DNA of 64,000 bases from an uncultured Bradyrhizobium sp. (GCF_964252615.1 NZ_CAXUNQ010000018.1:15528-79527), one strand, 5' to 3'; positions 1 through 9,165 are shown, counted from the first letter of the stretch. Made by a program: numbers and translations. The notes: generated by a model from the letters alone, not told the origin.

Positions 1-1
1 C

Positions 2-517
2 TCGATCGCCTTCGGCTCGGTCGGCATCGGCAGCGCGGTACATATCAGCGCCGAGAAATTCCGCCTCGCCGCCGGAATCGAGGCCACCCACGTGCCCTAT
101 CGCGGCGGCGCGGAGGTCATCACCGATATCCTGGGCGGGCGGATCGATTTCTATTTTTGTCCGCTTGCAACCGCGCTGCCCCTGATCCAGGAGGGACAGG
201 TGCGCGCGCTGCTGGTATCCACGCCGAAGCGCGTCGCCGATCTTCCGGAGGTGCCGACGCCCGGTGAGGCCGGCTTGAAAAACGCCGACAGCGCGATCTG
301 GTTCGGCGTGTTCGTACCGTCGAAAACGCCGCGCGACATCGTCGGCAGGCTTCATGCCGCGGGCACCAGGGTGCTGGCGGATCCGGCGATGCAGGCGAGC
401 CTGAAGAAAGTCGGTATTGAAGCCGCAGCCATGACGCCTGCGGAAATGGACGCGCTGGTGGTGCGCGATACCGCGGCAAACGCCGAGGTGATCAGGGCCG
501 CCGGGATCAAACCGTAA
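2..517 (+). CDS. Bug-family (TctC-like) tripartite tricarboxylate transporter substrate-binding protein, C-terminal fragment (5' end outside window)
   Basis: Frame is open from the window edge. Translation ..SAVHISAEKFRLAAGIEATHVPYRGGAEVITDILGGRIDFYF..WFGVFVPSKTP.. fits the Bug/TctC periplasmic receptor pattern. Stop at 515-517. Confidence 0.8.
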   Translation, partial: SIAFGSVGIGSAVHISAEKFRLAAGIEATHVPYRGGAEVITDILGGRIDFYFCPLATALPLIQEGQVRALLVSTPKRVADLPEVPTPGEAGLKNADSAIWFGVFVPSKTPRDIVGRLHAAGTRVLADPAMQASLKKVGIEAAAMTPAEMDALVVRDTAANAEVIRAAGIKP

Positions 518-523
518 AGTCCC

Positions 524-618
524 GTTCCGGGATGCGCCTCCGCGCAGGCCCGCAATCCATCCGCACGATGGCGGCATGGATCCGCGCGCCCCGCGGCTTC
601 GCGTCGCCCCGGATGACG
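524..618. repeat. REP/MITE-like element, family A (TTCCGGGATGCGCC ... ATGGATCC ... CCCCGGATGACG)
   Basis: Same architecture and terminal arms as 9064-9165 and 55371-55463. Starts 6 nt after the upstream stop codon. Confidence 0.6.
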
Positions 619-704
619 GCTATGTTTGGCGTGAGCTTCGCAAGCGACCATCCATGCTCTATTGCAATTCCACCCACCTTCTGTTCTGACCGGAAATCTC
701 CACC

Positions 705-1817
705 ATGAGCGCCTTGTTTTCCCCGATCACGCTGCGCGGCCTGACGCTTCCCAACCGCATCATGGTGGCGCCGATGTGCCAGTATTCCGCCGGCAATGGC
801 GAAGCCAATGACTGGCACTTCACGCACATCAACAGCCTGGCGCTGTCGGGAGCTGCGATGTTCTGCATCGAAGCGACGGCGGTCGAAGCCATCGGCCGGA
901 TCACGCCGGGCTGTCTCGGGCTGTGGAACGACGCCACCGAAGCGGCGCTGAAGCCTGTCCTGGCCTCTCTGCGCAGGCATTCGAACACCGCGGTGGCGAT
1001 GCAGCTCGCCCATGCCGGCCGCAAGGCGTCGAGCCATACGCCATGGGACGGCGGCCAGCAAATCCCGATCGCCGAAGGCGGCTGGCAGGCCGAAGGCCCG
1101 TCCGCGCTGCCCCACAAGGAAAATGAAGCCGCGCCGTTGGCGCTGGATAGCGCGGGATTGAAGCGCGTCCGCGACGCCTTCGTGGCGGCGGCACGACGCG
1201 CCGAACGGCTGGGCATCGACGCGCTGGAAGTGCATTGCGCGCACGGGTACCTGCTGCATCAGTTCCTGTCGCCGATCTCCAACAGACGCACCGACGCGTA
1301 TGGCGGCAGCCTGCAGAACCGCCTGCGCTTTCCGCTCGACGTGTTCGACGCCGTGCGCGCCGCCTTTCCGCACCACAAGCCGGTCGGCATCAAGGTGTCG
1401 TGCACCGACTGGGTCGACGGCGGCTGGGACATCGCACAGACCATCGAGCTTGCGAAGGAGTTGAAACAGCGCGGCGTGGACTGGATCGACGCGTCGTCCG
1501 GCGGCGTGTCGCCGCTGCAGAAAATTCCGCTCGAGCCCGGCTATCAGGTGCCGTTCGCGCAGGCCATCAAGCAGGCCGCCGGTGTCAACGTCATGGCGGT
1601 AGGACTGATCACCGAAGCGACGCAGGCCGACGACATCGTCACATCCGGCAAGGCCGACATGGTGGCGCTGGCGCGCGGCATGCTCTACGACCCGCGCTGG
1701 GGCTGGCATGCCGCGGCGCAACTGGGCGGCCAGGTGGCAGCGCCGCCGGCCTATTGGCGGGCGCCGCCGCACCAACACAAGGATCTGTTCGGCGCGACCA
1801 CGTTCGGCGCGCGGTGA
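705..1817 (+). CDS. NADH:flavin oxidoreductase, Old Yellow Enzyme (NamA) family
   Basis: 370 aa. Motifs: ITLRGLTLPNRIMVAPMCQYS, HAGRKAS, CAHGYLLHQFLSPISNRRTDAYGGS, and a C-terminal ADMVALARGMLYDPRW typical of the OYE TIM barrel. Confidence 0.9.
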   Translation: MSALFSPITLRGLTLPNRIMVAPMCQYSAGNGEANDWHFTHINSLALSGAAMFCIEATAVEAIGRITPGCLGLWNDATEAALKPVLASLRRHSNTAVAMQLAHAGRKASSHTPWDGGQQIPIAEGGWQAEGPSALPHKENEAAPLALDSAGLKRVRDAFVAAARRAERLGIDALEVHCAHGYLLHQFLSPISNRRTDAYGGSLQNRLRFPLDVFDAVRAAFPHHKPVGIKVSCTDWVDGGWDIAQTIELAKELKQRGVDWIDASSGGVSPLQKIPLEPGYQVPFAQAIKQAAGVNVMAVGLITEATQADDIVTSGKADMVALARGMLYDPRWGWHAAAQLGGQVAAPPAYWRAPPHQHKDLFGATTFGAR

Positions 1818-1830
1818 GGAAAGGACGCCG

Positions 1831-2778
1831 TCATCCCGGCAGGCTCGCCGCCCTCCCGGGCAATCCGGCGCGCGACAGGGCGCCGTAAAGCGTCTCCTCC
1901 GGCATCTCGTCGCGCAGGATCGAACGCACTGCGACCAGTTTCTCGATGTCGATGCCGGTCGCAAAACCCTTGCTCTCGCACAGGAACACCACGTCCTCGA
2001 ACACGACATTGCCGGTGGCGCCGGGGGCGAACGGACAGCCGCCGAGGCCGCCGAGCGAGCCATCGAGAACCCGCGCGCCGGAATCCAGCGCGGCGGATGC
2101 GTTCGCGATACCCATGCCGCGTGTGTCGTGCAGATGCACGCATACCGGCCGCGATTCGGCGATCCTGACCACCGCGGCGGTCAGTTCGCCGACCGCTTTC
2201 GGTCCGGCATATCCAACGGTGTCGGCGACCGCGACCATGTCCGCGCCGGCGTCGTAGCATTGCCCGGCAAGCCGGATCACTTCGTTCGGATCCACGGGGC
2301 CCGCGATCGAACATCCCAGCGCCATGGAAATGGCGGCCGACACGATCGGCCTGTGGTCGCTCCCGTCGCGCAGTTCGCACAGCCGGCGGATATTGGCGAT
2401 GGCCTCATTGCGCGAGCGGTTGGCGTTGGCCTGGCTGTGCTCTTCGGTGGCCGAAACCACCGAGCCGATTTCGGCGACACCCGACGCCAGCGCCGCGTTG
2501 ACGCCGCGCTCGTTGAGCGCCAGCGCCACGCCATGCGCGCCGGGCAGCGCTGCGACGCCGCCGACCACCTCGAGCACATCGGCGAATTGCGGAAACGTCC
2601 TGGCCGGCAGGAACGAGCCGACCTCGAAATGCCGCACGCCGCAGTCGTATTCCCGCTCGATCCATTTCCGCTTCGCCGCGGTGGAAGGAAAACGTTTTAC
2701 AAGCTGCAGGCCATCGCGCAGCCCGACTTCGCGCAGGATGATCCGTCCGGCGGGATAAATCTCGTGGACATTGCTCAT
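1831..2778 (-). CDS. hydroxymethylglutaryl-CoA lyase-like (HMGL/DRE-TIM) acyl-CoA lyase
   Basis: 315 aa. Motifs: EVGLRDGLQ, VHLHDTRGMGIANA, GGLGGCPFAPGATGNV. Confidence 0.85.
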   Translation of the reverse strand: MSNVHEIYPAGRIILREVGLRDGLQLVKRFPSTAAKRKWIEREYDCGVRHFEVGSFLPARTFPQFADVLEVVGGVAALPGAHGVALALNERGVNAALASGVAEIGSVVSATEEHSQANANRSRNEAIANIRRLCELRDGSDHRPIVSAAISMALGCSIAGPVDPNEVIRLAGQCYDAGADMVAVADTVGYAGPKAVGELTAAVVRIAESRPVCVHLHDTRGMGIANASAALDSGARVLDGSLGGLGGCPFAPGATGNVVFEDVVFLCESKGFATGIDIEKLVAVRSILRDEMPEETLYGALSRAGLPGRAASLPG

Positions 2779-2788
2779 GGCGCCCTCG

Positions 2789-3955
2789 CTATGCGTTGCC
2801 GGCGGCGCGTCCGCCGCCGGGTCCCAGTTCCAGAAGTACGGAAGCGGTATCGGCGCCGAGGGTCGGCACCTTCAGTCCGTCACCGATGCTCTCGCCGTTC
2901 CACTCGACAGGAAGCGCCGGCACGCGGAAGCCCGCGCCGTCGGCATTGGTGGCATTGACGAGGCCGCCCGGGCGCAGCACGTGGGAATCGCCGAACAGAT
3001 CCTCAGGCCGGTTGATCGGCGAGAAGCAGATGTTGAGCCGGTCCAGCGTCGCGGACAGTTCGGCCGGGTTCCATTGTCTGATCACGTCGGCGACGCGCGG
3101 AATGATCCGCGCCCGCGCCAGAATCCGGTCGGTGGTGGTGCGCAGGGCGGGATCGCCGGAAAACTCCGCGAGGCCGAATTCCCGGCAGAAGCTCTGCCAG
3201 TGACCTTCGGTGACGACGCCGATGAAGATGCGTTCGCCATTCGCCGTCTCGAAAATATCATAGATAGGCCACGCATGCTCGCGTTCCGGCATTGAGCGCG
3301 GCTTGTTGCCGGTCATCTCGTATTCGACCATATGCTGGGCTACCATGAACAGGCAGTTTTCGAACAGCCCGATGCGGATGCCGGCTCCGTCAGCACCGCC
3401 GCCGCGCTTCTGGTACAGCGCCGCTATGATCGCGATGGCGCCGAACATGCCGCCCATGATGTCATTGGCCGAGGAGCCGACGCGCTGCGGTTTCGCTTTG
3501 GTCCCGGTCATCACGGCGAGGCCCGACATCATCTGCACCACCTCGTCGAGCGCCGGGCGATGCTCGTAGGGGCCGGACAGGAATCCCTTGTGGCCCGCGA
3601 CGATCAGATGCGGATGCCGTCGCTTCAATTCGTCGGCGCCAAGCCCCTGCCGGTCGAGCAGGCCGTCGCGAAAATTCTCCAGGAACACGTCGGCGCTCGC
3701 GAGCAGCCGGTGCATGGTTTCCTGCTCGGCGGGTTTTGCAAGGTCGAGCACGACGCTGCGCTTGCCGCGGTTGAACAGCGGGAAAAACGAGGTGCCCATG
3801 CCGCCGAGGCTGCGGGTCTTGTCGCCTGACGGCGGTTCGACCTTGATCACCTCCGCGCCGAGTTGCGCCAGGATCATTCCGCAGGCCGGACCCATCACCA
3901 TGTGCGTCATCTCGACGACGCGCACGCCGGTCAGCGGCAGGTTGGGCATGGTCAT
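2789..3955 (-). CDS. family III CoA-transferase (CaiB/BaiF/Frc type)
   Basis: 388 aa. N-terminus is LTGVRVVEMTHMVMGPACGMILAQLGAEVIKVEPPSGDKTR. Lies 10 nt upstream of the lyase gene on the same strand. Confidence 0.85.
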   Translation of the reverse strand: MTMPNLPLTGVRVVEMTHMVMGPACGMILAQLGAEVIKVEPPSGDKTRSLGGMGTSFFPLFNRGKRSVVLDLAKPAEQETMHRLLASADVFLENFRDGLLDRQGLGADELKRRHPHLIVAGHKGFLSGPYEHRPALDEVVQMMSGLAVMTGTKAKPQRVGSSANDIMGGMFGAIAIIAALYQKRGGGADGAGIRIGLFENCLFMVAQHMVEYEMTGNKPRSMPEREHAWPIYDIFETANGERIFIGVVTEGHWQSFCREFGLAEFSGDPALRTTTDRILARARIIPRVADVIRQWNPAELSATLDRLNICFSPINRPEDLFGDSHVLRPGGLVNATNADGAGFRVPALPVEWNGESIGDGLKVPTLGADTASVLLELGPGGGRAAGNA

Positions 3956-4031
3956 CGGCGTCTCCCTTGCATCCGGGCGCTGGCGGTCAACGTCAAGCAG
4001 GACAAATGACGGCTGCAGGTATCGGCTCGGC

Positions 4032-5651
4032 TCACCGCGCGTCCTCCAGAATCATCCGCGACGCCTTTTCGGCGATCATGATGATGGCGGCGTTGGTGTT
4101 GCCCGAAACCAGGTCGGGCATCACCGATCCATCGACCACGCGCAGGCCGGAGGTGCCGCGCACCCGCAGCCGTTGATCGACCACCGCGAGCGGATCGCTG
4201 CCCATCCGGCAGGTCGAGGTCGGATGATAGACCGTGCTGCCGCGCTGCCGGCAGAACGCCAGCAAATCCGCATCTGTCGATACGTCAGGGCCGGGATCGA
4301 CCTCCTCGGTCACGTAAGGCCGCAGCGCCGGCGCCGCCAGGATCCTGCGCAGGATCTTCAGGCCTTCGACAATGGCGGTGCGGTCGGTTTCGGTGGCGAG
4401 ATAGTTGACGCGTATTTCCGGCGCCACCGCCGGATCGGCGCTCTTGATCCGCAGGCTGCCGCGGCTCTCCGGCCGCAACTGGCACACCGAAGCCGAAAAT
4501 CCGGAATAGGCATGCAGTGCCTCGCCCATCCTGTCGGTCGAGAACGGCAGGAAGTGAATCTGCACGTCCGGCGTTGCCAGCCGCGGATCGGTTTTCAGGA
4601 ACGCGCCCGACGTGCCGGCCGCGATCGTCAGCGGCCCGGTGCGGAAGGCGGCATATTGCATCCCCATCCTCATCCTGCGCCACGGACTGCCGACGATATC
4701 GTTGAGGGTGACGCGCTGCGTGCAGCGCGTCACAATCCGCACCTGCATGTGATCCTGCAGGTCGCGGCCGACGCCGGGCGCATCGAGCACGACATCGATC
4801 CCGTGGCCGCCGAGCAGCCCGGCGGGACCGACGCCGGAGAGCTGCAGCAGTTGCGGCGAATTGTAGGCGCCGCCGGAGATCAGGATCTCTTGTCGCGCCC
4901 GCGCCGTTCGCAGCGTCCCGGCCTGCTTGTATTCGATCGCCGCCGCGCGGCGGCCCTCGAACACAATGCGCTGCGCCAGCGCCGAGGTTTCGACGCGCAG
5001 ATTGCGGTTGCGCCGGGCGGGTCGAAGGTACGACCGCGCCGTGCTGGCGCGCCGTCCGTGCCGGGTCGTGGTCTGAAACCACCCGGCGCCTTCCTGGGTT
5101 GCGCCGTTGAAGTCGGGATTTTTCGGAATGCCGGTTTCGGCGGCGGCCTCGATGAAGGCCTGCGACAGCGGATCCGGATGCCGCGAATCCGACACCGGCA
5201 ACGGCCCGCCGCTGCCGTGAAAGGCGTCGGCGCCGCGCTGCTGATCCTCCGCCGCCTTGAAATAGGGCAGCACGTCGTCAAAACCCCACCCCTGATTGCC
5301 GAGTTGCCGCCAGCGGTCGTAATCCTCGTGCTGCCCGCGCACATAGAGCAGCCCATTGATCGAACTCGACCCGCCCAGCACCTTTCCGCGCGGCTGAAAC
5401 ACCTTGCGTCCGTTCAGGCCCGGCTCCGGCTCGGTGTGGTACATCCAGTTGACCGTGGTGTTCTTAAACAGCTTTCCGTAGCCGAGCGGCACATGGATCC
5501 AGATGTTGCGATCGCGGGGACCGGCCTCGAGCAGCAGCACGGCGTGCTTGCCGGAGGCGGAGAGCCGGTTGGCGAGTACGCAGCCGGCGGAGCCGGCTCC
5601 GACGATGATGTAGTCGTAGGTGGGAGTATCGATCGCGAGCGAGGTGTTCAT
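4032..5651 (-). CDS. GMC-family FAD oxidoreductase (choline/alcohol dehydrogenase-like)
   Basis: ORF 4032..5831 trimmed to ATG 5651, which places YDYIIVGAGSAGCVLANRLS near the N-terminus. Also has GGSSSINGLLYVRG and a C-terminal HPTSTCRMG. Confidence 0.9.
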   Translation of the reverse strand: MNTSLAIDTPTYDYIIVGAGSAGCVLANRLSASGKHAVLLLEAGPRDRNIWIHVPLGYGKLFKNTTVNWMYHTEPEPGLNGRKVFQPRGKVLGGSSSINGLLYVRGQHEDYDRWRQLGNQGWGFDDVLPYFKAAEDQQRGADAFHGSGGPLPVSDSRHPDPLSQAFIEAAAETGIPKNPDFNGATQEGAGWFQTTTRHGRRASTARSYLRPARRNRNLRVETSALAQRIVFEGRRAAAIEYKQAGTLRTARARQEILISGGAYNSPQLLQLSGVGPAGLLGGHGIDVVLDAPGVGRDLQDHMQVRIVTRCTQRVTLNDIVGSPWRRMRMGMQYAAFRTGPLTIAAGTSGAFLKTDPRLATPDVQIHFLPFSTDRMGEALHAYSGFSASVCQLRPESRGSLRIKSADPAVAPEIRVNYLATETDRTAIVEGLKILRRILAAPALRPYVTEEVDPGPDVSTDADLLAFCRQRGSTVYHPTSTCRMGSDPLAVVDQRLRVRGTSGLRVVDGSVMPDLVSGNTNAAIIMIAEKASRMILEDAR

Positions 5652-5933
5652 GGGGGTCTCGTCCCTGGCGGCGAAGTGCAATCGATAGCAAGTTGCAGGA
5701 CTGCAGGCAAAAGAGCCATGGCGTCGCAGGACGGCCGCGCTGCAAAATTCTCCTCCCTCATCCTTGCGCAACGGCTGCGCCGTTGTCGCTAGGAGGGGCC
5801 CGCCGCGCCGCGCTTCGAGGATCGGCGACAATTCCGTTACCCGCAGGGCGCCATCCTTCGAAGGCCAGCTTCGCCGGCGCCTGCGGCGGGCGGCGGGGTC
5901 TTGCCGCGTCCCGGCACGCCGCCATGCCGATGT

Positions 5934-6902
5934 TCAGGTGTCGGCGGAGCCGCTCAGCCGCGGCCGGTGCGCTTCGCGGTAGGCGCTCGGGTCGGCCGCG
6001 AAGGCGCTGCGGAAGGCGCGTGAAAAATAGCTGCGGCTGGAATAGCCGACGCTGACGGCAATGGCCTTGACCGGAAGGCTGGTTGTCTTGAGCAGGTGCG
6101 CTGCGAATTTCAGCCGGAATTCCTGGATGAACTCGGTCGGGCTTTGCGCGAATACCTCGCGGAATCTGTCGGCAAACACGGTTCGGCTCATGCCGGCTGC
6201 GGCGGCAAGGCTTTCCAGCGTATGCGGCTGCTCCGGCCGTTCCAGCACATCGATCATCGCGCGCGCCAATCGCGGATCGCTCATCATCACAAACACCGAC
6301 GACGATGCATGACCGTGCCGCAAGTGTCGCCGCAACATCAGGACCAGAAAGGCCTTCATCAGCGTTTCCGCGATCGCATGGGAGCCCATCGCGGGCTGGG
6401 CAAGTTCGGCGATCATCAGTTCGAAAATCTGCCGCGCCGCATCATTGTCGAAAAAGCGCTCGACAACCGGCTGCCGCAGATGATCGAAAAAACCGGCGAT
6501 ACCGCCGGTCGTGACCTGTATCTCGCTGCGCACGATTGAAACCGCTTCGTCGGACTGCCCTCGCGTCACCAGCTGCGCCAGTTTGTCGTCCACCGACGTG
6601 CAGCGTTCCCGCCCATGGGTGTCGTCGCCTGCGTCCCGATGGCTCGCCCAGAACTGCAACGTTTTGGCCGGAGCGATAACGATGCTCTCAGGGCCCAATG
6701 GCAACGCCGCCGCGTTGCCGAGTTGAAAGAAACCGGTTCCTGCCACGACGTAATGCACGGTGACGGCGTCGATCGGCTCAAACCGCGCGCGCGCATTGTT
6801 CGGAATGCTGCAAACCACGCATCGCTGCACGTCGACCGACAGCGCATTCAGCAGGCGATCAAGCGCGGCATTATCCTCGGTTGCAGTATCCGGATCGTGC
6901 AT
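5934..6902 (-). CDS. AraC-family transcriptional regulator (cupin-like N-domain + HTH)
   Basis: 322 aa. C-terminal ..LESLAAAAGMSRTVFADRFREVF..AIAVSVGYSSRSYFSRAFRSAF.. is a typical AraC double HTH. Heads the GMC/CoA-transferase/lyase gene string. Confidence 0.85.
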   Translation of the reverse strand: MHDPDTATEDNAALDRLLNALSVDVQRCVVCSIPNNARARFEPIDAVTVHYVVAGTGFFQLGNAAALPLGPESIVIAPAKTLQFWASHRDAGDDTHGRERCTSVDDKLAQLVTRGQSDEAVSIVRSEIQVTTGGIAGFFDHLRQPVVERFFDNDAARQIFELMIAELAQPAMGSHAIAETLMKAFLVLMLRRHLRHGHASSSVFVMMSDPRLARAMIDVLERPEQPHTLESLAAAAGMSRTVFADRFREVFAQSPTEFIQEFRLKFAAHLLKTTSLPVKAIAVSVGYSSRSYFSRAFRSAFAADPSAYREAHRPRLSGSADT

Positions 6903-7422
6903 GATGAAGGTACAAAGCTCCGCTAGGCGGCTTCCATTGCGGATCCGCTGAGTTCTAAACCTGGACTTGCAACCGCAAGCATTGAGGGCATTCGAAAAGA
7001 CGCCGGATGAGGCCCCGTCAGGGCACCCAATTCGGACGATAGAGCACCGGCCATTTCGCCGCTCGGATTGTTATTGATCCGGTCGCCGAATGTCGGACGC
7101 GTAATGTCGCATTGCCCAAACATCAGCAGATACGCTTTTTCATCGCGTGACGTTTCGCTGGGCGACGCCGCCGAACGCATTAAGCGGATTAATTTATCGT
7201 CATGTTCGTCGCCCCGACGCGGACAGCGGTTCCGGAACATCCGGTTCCGACATCCGACAACGAGATCTCATGGGCGTGCCTTCTGCAGGGGTTGCGGAAG
7301 ACGCGCACCGTCGCAACCGATTCATCGGCGCCGCCTGGTCGGCGTGGTGAGTGCGAGGTGGCGGAACCATGCCACTTCGTCCCAGCATCTGAAACCAGTA
7401 TTCACACCTTGAGGAGAATGAA

Positions 7423-7722
7423 ATGAATAAAACGATGTTAGCAGCCGCTTGCGCGCTGTTGTTGTCCGGATCGCTTGCACTGGCCCAGCCGAGCCAGGGT
7501 CAGGCCGGCGCCAATACGGGCCCGACAAGTAATTCGGCAACCAGCGAGAGAGCTCCGATGAACAGCGGGGCGATGCAGGACGGCAGCACCAGCGGAGCCA
7601 GCTCCGGCAGCGGATCGGGCATGACCACGTCCGGCGGCGCCAACGGAAATCCGGGCGGGATGCCGAAGACCACGACGGGTCCGACCGGCGCAGCATCAAA
7701 GGATGAATCGCCGGCGAAGTAG
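7423..7722 (+). CDS. small secreted Ser/Gly/Thr-rich low-complexity protein (hypothetical)
   Basis: 99 aa. SD GAGGAG lies upstream of the ATG. Signal peptide MNKTMLAAACALLLSGSLALA|Q. The mature part is disordered-looking with scattered Met. Confidence 0.6.
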   Translation: MNKTMLAAACALLLSGSLALAQPSQGQAGANTGPTSNSATSERAPMNSGAMQDGSTSGASSGSGSGMTTSGGANGNPGGMPKTTTGPTGAASKDESPAK

Positions 7723-7822
7723 AACACGCGGTTAGCCGACCAGATCAACGAAGACTTGTTCTTGCCGATCGCGATCCGGCGGGACGAGACAAATCCCGAT
7801 CGCTTTCAAACGGAGACGATAA

Positions 7823-8050
7823 ATGAAGAAGATTCTTGTTGCGGCGTGCTGCGCCGCGCTCATAGGCGGCATCTCGATTGCGTCCGCGCAGACCACCGGC
7901 CCGCAAGGCCAGCAGACCATGAAATCCAATGACGGCATGGATGCCAATGCGCGGATGATGAAGAAAAAGAAGATGAAGAAGGGAATGATGAAGTCCGGCG
8001 ACGGCATGTCGAAGGGCGGCATGATGGACAAGGGCGGGATGTCCAAGTAA
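7823..8050 (+). CDS. small secreted Met/Lys/Gly-rich repeat protein (reminiscent of pentapeptide MXKDX-repeat proteins)
   Basis: 75 aa. SD GGAGA lies upstream. Signal peptide MKKILVAACCAALIGGISIASA|Q. The 53-aa mature part has 11 Met, 11 Lys and 10 Gly, with repeats GMMKSG / GMSKGG / GMMDKG / GMSK. Confidence 0.65.
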   Translation: MKKILVAACCAALIGGISIASAQTTGPQGQQTMKSNDGMDANARMMKKKKMKKGMMKSGDGMSKGGMMDKGGMSK

Positions 8051-8111
8051 TCCCCGTCCGCGCAAGGGCCGCGCCGCCTCCGGGCGGCGCGGCCTTGCCG
8101 AGGTTTGAGCG

Positions 8112-8321
8112 ATGTCAAACCGAGACATATTCATGTGGCTGATGGCAAGCCTGATCGCGGTCGGTGTGATGATCTGGATCGCGATCTTTATGATCGATCA
8201 CTATCTGTTCGCTGAAGACCGTTCCGCGCCAGCCGGGGCCGCCGTCATTTCGGTGCCGCCCGCTGTGTCGCTCGGGGCCTTGCTCCAGGCCTGGCGTGGC
8301 GGCTGGACCGGTCAGGCATAA
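8112..8321 (+). CDS. small membrane protein (hypothetical)
   Basis: 69 aa with one clear TM helix (FMWLMASLIAVGVMIWIAIFMI). No family recognised. Confidence 0.4.
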   Translation: MSNRDIFMWLMASLIAVGVMIWIAIFMIDHYLFAEDRSAPAGAAVISVPPAVSLGALLQAWRGGWTGQA

Positions 8322-8356
8322 GCCCTGATAAGACGCGGCGAGTGCAGTCGCAGCCG

Positions 8357-8388
8357 GCAAAAAGCCGGGTCGTTTGACCCGGGCTTTG
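8357..8388 (-). terminator. rho-independent terminator downstream of rpmB (possibly bidirectional)
   Basis: On the minus strand: AAAGCCCGGGTC-AAAC-GACCCGGCTTT followed by TTTTG. Sits between the convergent genes 8112..8321 and rpmB. Confidence 0.6.
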
Positions 8389-8412
8389 AAAATTTCAAGC
8401 CGCCTGGAAGCT

Positions 8413-8718
8413 TCAGCTCGCCTTCGCCGCGGGCTCCCCCGCCTTCTTCTTCTCGATCGCCCGCTTCAAGTCCAGCGCGCGCGGCGACAATTCCGGCCCC
8501 TTGGCCTTGAGCAGAAATGCATCCAGCCCGCCGCGGTGGTCGACGCTCTTGAGCGCATGGGTGGAGACGCGCAGGCGGACATTGCGGCCAAGCGCTTCGG
8601 ACATGAAGGTGACGTTGCAGAGGTTGGGCAGGAACCTGCGCTTGGTCTTGATGTTGGAATGGCTCACCTTGTGGCCGACCAGGGGACCCTTGGCCGTCAA
8701 TTCGCAGCGCCGCGACAT
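8413..8718 (-). CDS. rpmB: 50S ribosomal protein L28
   Basis: 101 aa. [37 protein letters not shown].. is the canonical L28 N-terminus. Confidence 0.95.
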   Translation of the reverse strand: MSRRCELTAKGPLVGHKVSHSNIKTKRRFLPNLCNVTFMSEALGRNVRLRVSTHALKSVDHRGGLDAFLLKAKGPELSPRALDLKRAIEKKKAGEPAAKAS

Positions 8719-9063
8719 CGCGAAAATCCTCTTGTCGCCCGCATCTCGCGGCCCTTCGAAGGCGCGGCGGGGGTTGAAAATCTGATCCTTTCAGGAACCG
8801 CGGACGTATAGGCAATGCGCCTTGCTGCGTCAAGATATCGGGGCCCGCAGCAGGGCGACGCGCCGAAGCTCGGTGAGAAGCGGATTTTGCAGGCGGACCA
8901 ACCATATAAACGGCGTATTCGCTGCCGACACCATGCGGTTCCAACGACTTCAGCCAGCCGCGCCCGAATTCCACCAAACCGGGCACTATCGCGTTGTTTG
9001 CCGGATGTTTTTGCTTAAATGACAGATCGCATGTCGCAACCGGCAAATTCAAACCATCAGCAT

Positions 9064-9165
9064 CGTCATTCCGGGGCGCGACGAAGTCGCAGGCCCGGAA
9101 TCCATAACCACGGGCGGGGGTTACGGATTCCGGACCCGCGCCAGGAGGCGCGTCCCGGAATGACG
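9064..9165. repeat. REP/MITE-like element, family A (nested inverted repeats)
   Basis: Outer arms are CGTCATTCCGGGGCGCG ... CGCGTCCCGGAATGACG. Inner arms are CCCGGAATCCATAACC ... GGTTACGGATTCCGG. Confidence 0.7.

Noticed and set aside
3588-5792. 734-aa plus-strand ORF. Similar long shadow ORFs occur at 507..2063, 10348..12279, 12442..14112, 53538..55985, 55568..57232 and 62516..63784.
   Set aside because: All run antisense to, or out of frame with, genes that have clear family motifs. Their translations are Arg/Ala/Gly/Pro-rich with no recognisable motifs, which is typical of high-GC shadow ORFs.
9019-9159. The 47-codon N-terminal extension of the DUF3108-like ORF.
   Set aside because: It is encoded entirely by the family A repeat (His/Arg-rich) and precedes a normal signal peptide that starts at ATG 9160.
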